A stretch of 24,000 bases of DNA from Betaproteobacteria bacterium (GTDB lineage Bacteria; Pseudomonadota; Gammaproteobacteria; Burkholderiales; Thiobacillaceae). The stretch is from positions 55,783 to 79,782 of the forward strand of contig VGVT01000001.1 in NCBI GenBank assembly GCA_016873935.1. Reading direction: 5' to 3'. A program made the translations under genes and the position numbers. Below are positions 20,627-24,000 of the stretch, one piece after another (positions within the stretch are counted from its first letter, which is position 1; each line of letters opens with the position of its first letter). The notes under the pieces are model-generated. The model did no database searches. It saw only the letters and a list, made by a program, of their open reading frames with translations, and was not told the origin of the DNA.

Positions 20627-21550
20627 TTATTGCCAGTCGTGCACGTGGCTGTGGCGGTGCTCGACGCCGCCGTGGCGGTGGCTGTGGGTGTGGACCAGGT
20701 TCGCGGCGGCGAGGAGTTCCATGTTCCCCAGCAGGCCGTGGATGTCGCCGTCATGGATCAGGCGGTGGTCCTCGCCCAGCACCAGGGCGCGGCTACCCAG
20801 TTCCGGCGCCAGACTCAGGTTGTGGGTGGTGATCAGGGTGGTCACACCCAGGCCGGAGAGGAAATCCACCAGCCAGCCGGTGGAGCGGGGATCCAGGGCG
20901 GCGGTGGGTTCGTCCAACAGCAGCACCTTGGGCTCCAGGGCGAGGAGGGCGGCCAGGCAGACCTTCTGTTTCTCGCCGCCGGACAGGGAGAAGGGCGGGC
21001 GCTCCAGATGGGCGGTCACGCCCACCTGCGCGGCCCAGTGCCGCACCCGCTGGTCCAGGTCGGTCAGGCCCATCTGGCGGGGGCCGAAGGCGATCTCGTC
21101 GTACACCGTGGGGTTGAACAGCATGGCGTCGGGGTTCTGGAAGAGCAGGGCGACTTCGCGGCGGAAGCGGTGGTGCAGGGCCGGATGCTTGAGCCGGGCC
21201 GGGGTGATGGACTCGCCGTCGTAGGTGAATTGGCCGGCCGTGGGCGCGATGAGGCCGTCGAGGATCTTCAGCAGGGTGGATTTGCCGCTGCCGTTGCAGC
21301 CCAGCAGCACCACTTTTTCGCCGGGATGGATGGAAAAGCCGATGTCCGCCAGGACTTCCTTGGCGCCGTAGCGGTGGGTGATGCCGGCAGCCTGGATGAC
21401 AGGTGCTCCCCCCTTTCTTAAAGGGGGGGAGGGGGGATTTTGCTCGGCTGGCGTGGCTGATGGCGTCGAAATCCCCCCCCGCCCCCCTTTAAGAAAGGGG
21501 GGGGTAGGTATGAGGCTGTTTTTTACCGCCCGGTAGCGCCGCTCAGTCAT
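20627..21550 (-). CDS. cbiO: ECF/Cbi-type Ni/Co transporter ATPase with a repeat-derived N-terminal extension and a His-rich C-terminal tail
   Basis: Walker A GCNGSGKSTLL, signature LSGGEKQKV, Walker B LLLDEPTA. The C-terminus is HTHSHRHGGVEHRHSHVHDWQ*. ATG 21550 overlaps the cbiQ stop (ATGACTGA). No alternative start codon lies between the repeat and the ATPase core. Confidence 0.85.
   Translation of the reverse strand: MTERRYRAVKNSLIPTPPFLKGGRGGISTPSATPAEQNPPSPPLRKGGAPVIQAAGITHRYGAKEVLADIGFSIHPGEKVVLLGCNGSGKSTLLKILDGLIAPTAGQFTYDGESITPARLKHPALHHRFRREVALLFQNPDAMLFNPTVYDEIAFGPRQMGLTDLDQRVRHWAAQVGVTAHLERPPFSLSGGEKQKVCLAALLALEPKVLLLDEPTAALDPRSTGWLVDFLSGLGVTTLITTHNLSLAPELGSRALVLGEDHRLIHDGDIHGLLGNMELLAAANLVHTHSHRHGGVEHRHSHVHDWQ
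21406..21504. repeat. Family-1 arms in tail-to-tail arrangement inside the cbiO 5' coding region
   Basis: The right arm CTCCCCCCTTTCTTAAAGGGGGGGAGGGGGGATTTT (21406-21441) is followed by a 27-bp gap and the left arm AAATCCCCCCCCGCCCCCCTTTAAGAAAGGGGGGGG (21469-21504). The span is 99 bp (33 codons), read on the - strand as PPFLKGGRGGISTPSATPAEQNPPSPPLRKGG. Confidence 0.85.
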
Positions 21551-22097
21551 GGAAGAATCCCCGGGAACGCAGAGCCTGGGCGGACTGGTTGGCGGCGTGG
21601 AGGGACTTCTCCAGATACCAGGAAGCCGCCGCGGCGCTGGCCCGATAGCGGTCCATCAGGCTCGGTCGCCGCAGGGAGCGGCTGGCCAGGGCCAGGCGGA
21701 AGTCTTCGTGGGCGCGGCGGAAGGTGAGGGCCTGGCTGTAGGCGAGGCCCAGCACGTAGGTGAGTCCTTTCGAGAAATCGAGCGCGCGGAACAGGTTGGC
21801 GCGGGCGATGAACAGGAAGGTCAGGCTGGTGAGCAGCAGTACGCGCAGATTCAGGCGAACCAGGGTGAGCCAGGGCGAGATGTCCTGCCACCAGGCCATC
21901 AGCGCGTAACTCAGGCTGATGATCGCGTTAAAGGCGAGGATGGCCAGCAAGGCCCGCCGCAGCAGGCGCAAGGCGTCGCCTCCGGCCAGCAGCAGGACGA
22001 GGGCGAGGCCGGCGCCCAGCCAGACGGGATCGTGCACCAGGGTCGCGGCGAGGATGCCCGCGAGGTACAGGCACAGGAGGAGACGGTCGCGGTTCAT
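21543..22097 (-). CDS. cbiQ: ECF transporter transmembrane (T) component CbiQ/NikQ
   Basis: 184-aa polytopic hydrophobic protein between cbiM and cbiO. Its C-terminal region ...RAHEDFRLALASRSL... fits the CbiQ cytoplasmic coupling-helix region. It is shorter than many CbiQ proteins. Confidence 0.7.
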   Translation of the reverse strand: MNRDRLLLCLYLAGILAATLVHDPVWLGAGLALVLLLAGGDALRLLRRALLAILAFNAIISLSYALMAWWQDISPWLTLVRLNLRVLLLTSLTFLFIARANLFRALDFSKGLTYVLGLAYSQALTFRRAHEDFRLALASRSLRRPSLMDRYRASAAAASWYLEKSLHAANQSAQALRSRGFFHD

Positions 22098-22142
22098 GCG
22101 CGGATTGTCGCCGGACTCGGGTCGCCGTCCCAGTCCCTGAAG

Positions 22143-22790
22143 TCAGGCCGCGAGGCGCGACCTCAAGCGCGTCAGGTAGCGGTAGCCGAGCACGGTGAGG
22201 ACGCCTTCGGCGATGCCGACCAGCACGTGTGGCAACACCACCGCCGGCAGGGTGATGCTGAGGCCGAAGGGGAAGAACAGGGGGGCGCCCTGGGCATCGT
22301 GGGCAATCGCCGGCTGCATGCCGAGCACGACCGCCACCAGGGCGGCGGGCACGACGATGGACAGCCAGCCGGCGAGGAACAGGGCAAGGGTCTCGTGCAG
22401 CCGCGTCAGCAGCTTCCAGGCGGCGAGGGCGCAGAAAGAACCCACCAAGCCCATGGCCAGAGCGTTGATGGGCAGGGCGGTGATGCCGCCGTCGCCGAAC
22501 AGCAGGGCCTGCATGGCCAGCACCAGGGAGATGGCGAGGAAGGCCATCCAGCCGCCGAAGCACACGGCGAGCAGGCCGATGCCGGCGGCGTGCGCGGTGG
22601 TGCCCCCCGGCAACGGCAGGGCGACCATCATGAGCACGAAGGCAAGCGCGGTATAGGCGGCGACGAAGGGCAGGGTGTCGGCGTCCAGTTGTCGATGCAC
22701 CCGCCGCGCCGCGTATCCCCAAAGGCCCGCCGCCAGCGCGTAGGCGGGCAGGTAGGTCTGCGGCGAGATGAAGCCATCCGGGATGTGCAT
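22143..22790 (-). CDS. cbiM: Ni/Co ECF transporter substrate-capture component CbiM/NikM
   Basis: Starts MHIPDGFISPQ, the conserved metal-coordinating N-terminus of CbiM/NikM. It is a polytopic membrane protein of 215 aa. Confidence 0.85.
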   Translation of the reverse strand: MHIPDGFISPQTYLPAYALAAGLWGYAARRVHRQLDADTLPFVAAYTALAFVLMMVALPLPGGTTAHAAGIGLLAVCFGGWMAFLAISLVLAMQALLFGDGGITALPINALAMGLVGSFCALAAWKLLTRLHETLALFLAGWLSIVVPAALVAVVLGMQPAIAHDAQGAPLFFPFGLSITLPAVVLPHVLVGIAEGVLTVLGYRYLTRLRSRLAA

Positions 22791-22805
22791 GCCAGCAGCC
22801 AGGAA

Positions 22806-23795
22806 TCAGAAGGCGATGGACAGGTTGGCGATGAAGCGGTAGTCCTCCTTGCCCTCGGCGCCCTGCTGATCGCTTTCCTCGTTGAGGTCGGTCCAGATGG
22901 GCTTTTTGAGCGCCAGGGCCAGGCTCATGTTGTCCTTGTAGAGCCGCACGCCGAGTACGCCGTAGAGCATTTCCCCACCGGTGGCCAGCTCGCCCTGGCC
23001 GTTGGCGACATCCCGGCCCAGCTTCAGGTAATTCAATTCCACCACGCCGTCCAGACGGAAGCGGCTCTCGGCCTGCTTCATCAGGCGGTAAGCCAGGGCG
23101 GCGTTGAGCCGCGTTTCCGTGCCGAATTTCATGCTGTTGCCGTCGTCGTAGGTGTATTTCTGGAAACGGGTCTGCGCGGCTTCGGCGACGAAGGTGGCCT
23201 GTTCCGTGAATTGCCGGGTGGCGGTCAGGCCGTAGCTGAAGGAAGGCTTACCGAAGCTCGTCGATTTGCCGGGATCGATGTTGCCCTGCAGGCGCTTGTT
23301 CGGGTTGCCGGTGGCCAGGGTCATGCCCGCCATCGCGGAGAAGTGCCAGTCCATGAGGTCGTCCAGGCTTTCGCTGGCGGGGGTGAGCAGGAAGCCGTCG
23401 TCGTACTTGAAGCCGATCACCGCCCCCACCGACAGATCGGCGAGGCCGCGCGAATCGACGCCATCGGGCTCGTCGACCTTGACGTTGTAGGGCTGCGTGA
23501 CGTAGGCCGTCAGCCAGGGCTTGAAGCCGTAGCCCAGGGTCAGCAGCCAGTACTGGTTGTATTCGCTTTCGGCGTTCTGGTCCGGCGGCGGCGTCCTGCC
23601 GGTTTCGAACTTGGCGTGGTCGATCTTCAGGGATACCAGCCAGGAGCCCTGGCCAAGGGTGGCGGAGGAAGAGGTTTCCACCGGCGCGCCGGGGCCGTCC
23701 AGGGAAATCGCGCCCAGGGTGGGCATGCCGTGGTGGGCCAGGACCGGATTGCCGACGGCGGCAAGGGCGAGGATGAGATAGCGGACGGATTTCAT
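22806..23795 (-). CDS. Putative outer-membrane beta-barrel protein (MetA-pathway/transporter-like OMP family)
   Basis: A signal peptide MKSVRYLILALAAVGNPVLA, alternating amphipathic beta-strand pattern throughout, and a C-terminal ...FIANLSIAF* with terminal Phe typical of OMPs. An ATGA overlap links it to the upstream gene. Confidence 0.6.
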   Translation of the reverse strand: MKSVRYLILALAAVGNPVLAHHGMPTLGAISLDGPGAPVETSSSATLGQGSWLVSLKIDHAKFETGRTPPPDQNAESEYNQYWLLTLGYGFKPWLTAYVTQPYNVKVDEPDGVDSRGLADLSVGAVIGFKYDDGFLLTPASESLDDLMDWHFSAMAGMTLATGNPNKRLQGNIDPGKSTSFGKPSFSYGLTATRQFTEQATFVAEAAQTRFQKYTYDDGNSMKFGTETRLNAALAYRLMKQAESRFRLDGVVELNYLKLGRDVANGQGELATGGEMLYGVLGVRLYKDNMSLALALKKPIWTDLNEESDQQGAEGKEDYRFIANLSIAF

Positions 23796-24000
23796 TGCGG
23801 TTTCTTCCTTCTTGCATACAGACTGAGCAGGCCGAACAGGCCCAGGATGAGCGCCACGCCGACGGCGATGCGGCCATAGCGTTCGTAAGCGGGTTTTTCG
23901 GTATTGCTCGGAACCGCCGCGGTATCCGTTTCGAGCTTGAAATCGAGGCCGTGACCGTCCTCGGAGAAGGCCTTCACGCGCCAGGCGCCGGCGCGGTCGG
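23792..24000 (-). CDS. C-terminal part of a putative periplasmic Ni/Co-binding component (NikK/CbiK, DUF4198-like) with a C-terminal membrane anchor; the 5' end lies outside the window
   Basis: The frame is open to the window edge (...GAWRVKAFSEDGHGLDFKLETD...). It ends with a hydrophobic anchor plus basic tail, IAVGVALILGLFGLLSLYARRKKPQ*. The assignment rests mainly on operon context. Confidence 0.4.
   Translation of the reverse strand, partial: DRAGAWRVKAFSEDGHGLDFKLETDTAAVPSNTEKPAYERYGRIAVGVALILGLFGLLSLYARRKKPQ

Noticed and set aside
814-21504. Whether the recurring roughly 36-bp motif could be a CRISPR array.
   Set aside because: The copies occur as inverted pairs rather than direct repeats. 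They are scattered over 20 kb between and inside genes with irregular spacing, there are no cas genes, and the 'spacers' are 20-56 nt segments within element pairs.

Overview
High-GC (about 65-70% by hand counts) proteobacterial DNA. The window is almost entirely a [NiFe]-hydrogenase accessory, maturation and regulatory cluster on the + strand, in this order: hoxZ (3' end), hoxM, hoxL, hoxO, hoxQ, hoxR, hoxT, hoxV, hypA, hypB, hypF, hypC, hypD, hypE, hypX, hoxA, hoxB, hoxC, hoxJ. This matches the gene order of the Cupriavidus necator MBH/hyp/hox regulon. On the - strand, convergent with hoxJ, lies a Ni/Co ECF-type uptake operon: a NikK-like gene, an outer-membrane beta-barrel gene, then cbiM, cbiQ and cbiO. 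All core genes look intact, and many are translationally coupled through ATGA, GTGA or TTGA overlaps. I found no convincing new multi-gene system. What the standard annotation does not explain falls into two groups. (1) A very dense family of about 95-127 bp palindromic elements, each with hairpin-containing terminal inverted repeats. It occupies 13 loci, sits at nearly every cistron junction from hypD onward, and is inserted without breaking the reading frame inside hypF, hypX and the 5' end of cbiO. Three further palindromic repeat families are present, and hypF alone carries in-frame copies of three different families. (2) Three lower-GC nuclease/toxin-type cassettes are wedged, co-oriented, into hyp operon junctions: an HNH-like ORF between hypB and hypF, a DUF4258/DUF2283-like toxin-antitoxin pair between hypC and hypD, and a DUF559 ORF between hypE and hypX that is bracketed by two repeat elements. 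All family names are motif-level recognition from the translations. No database search was run.
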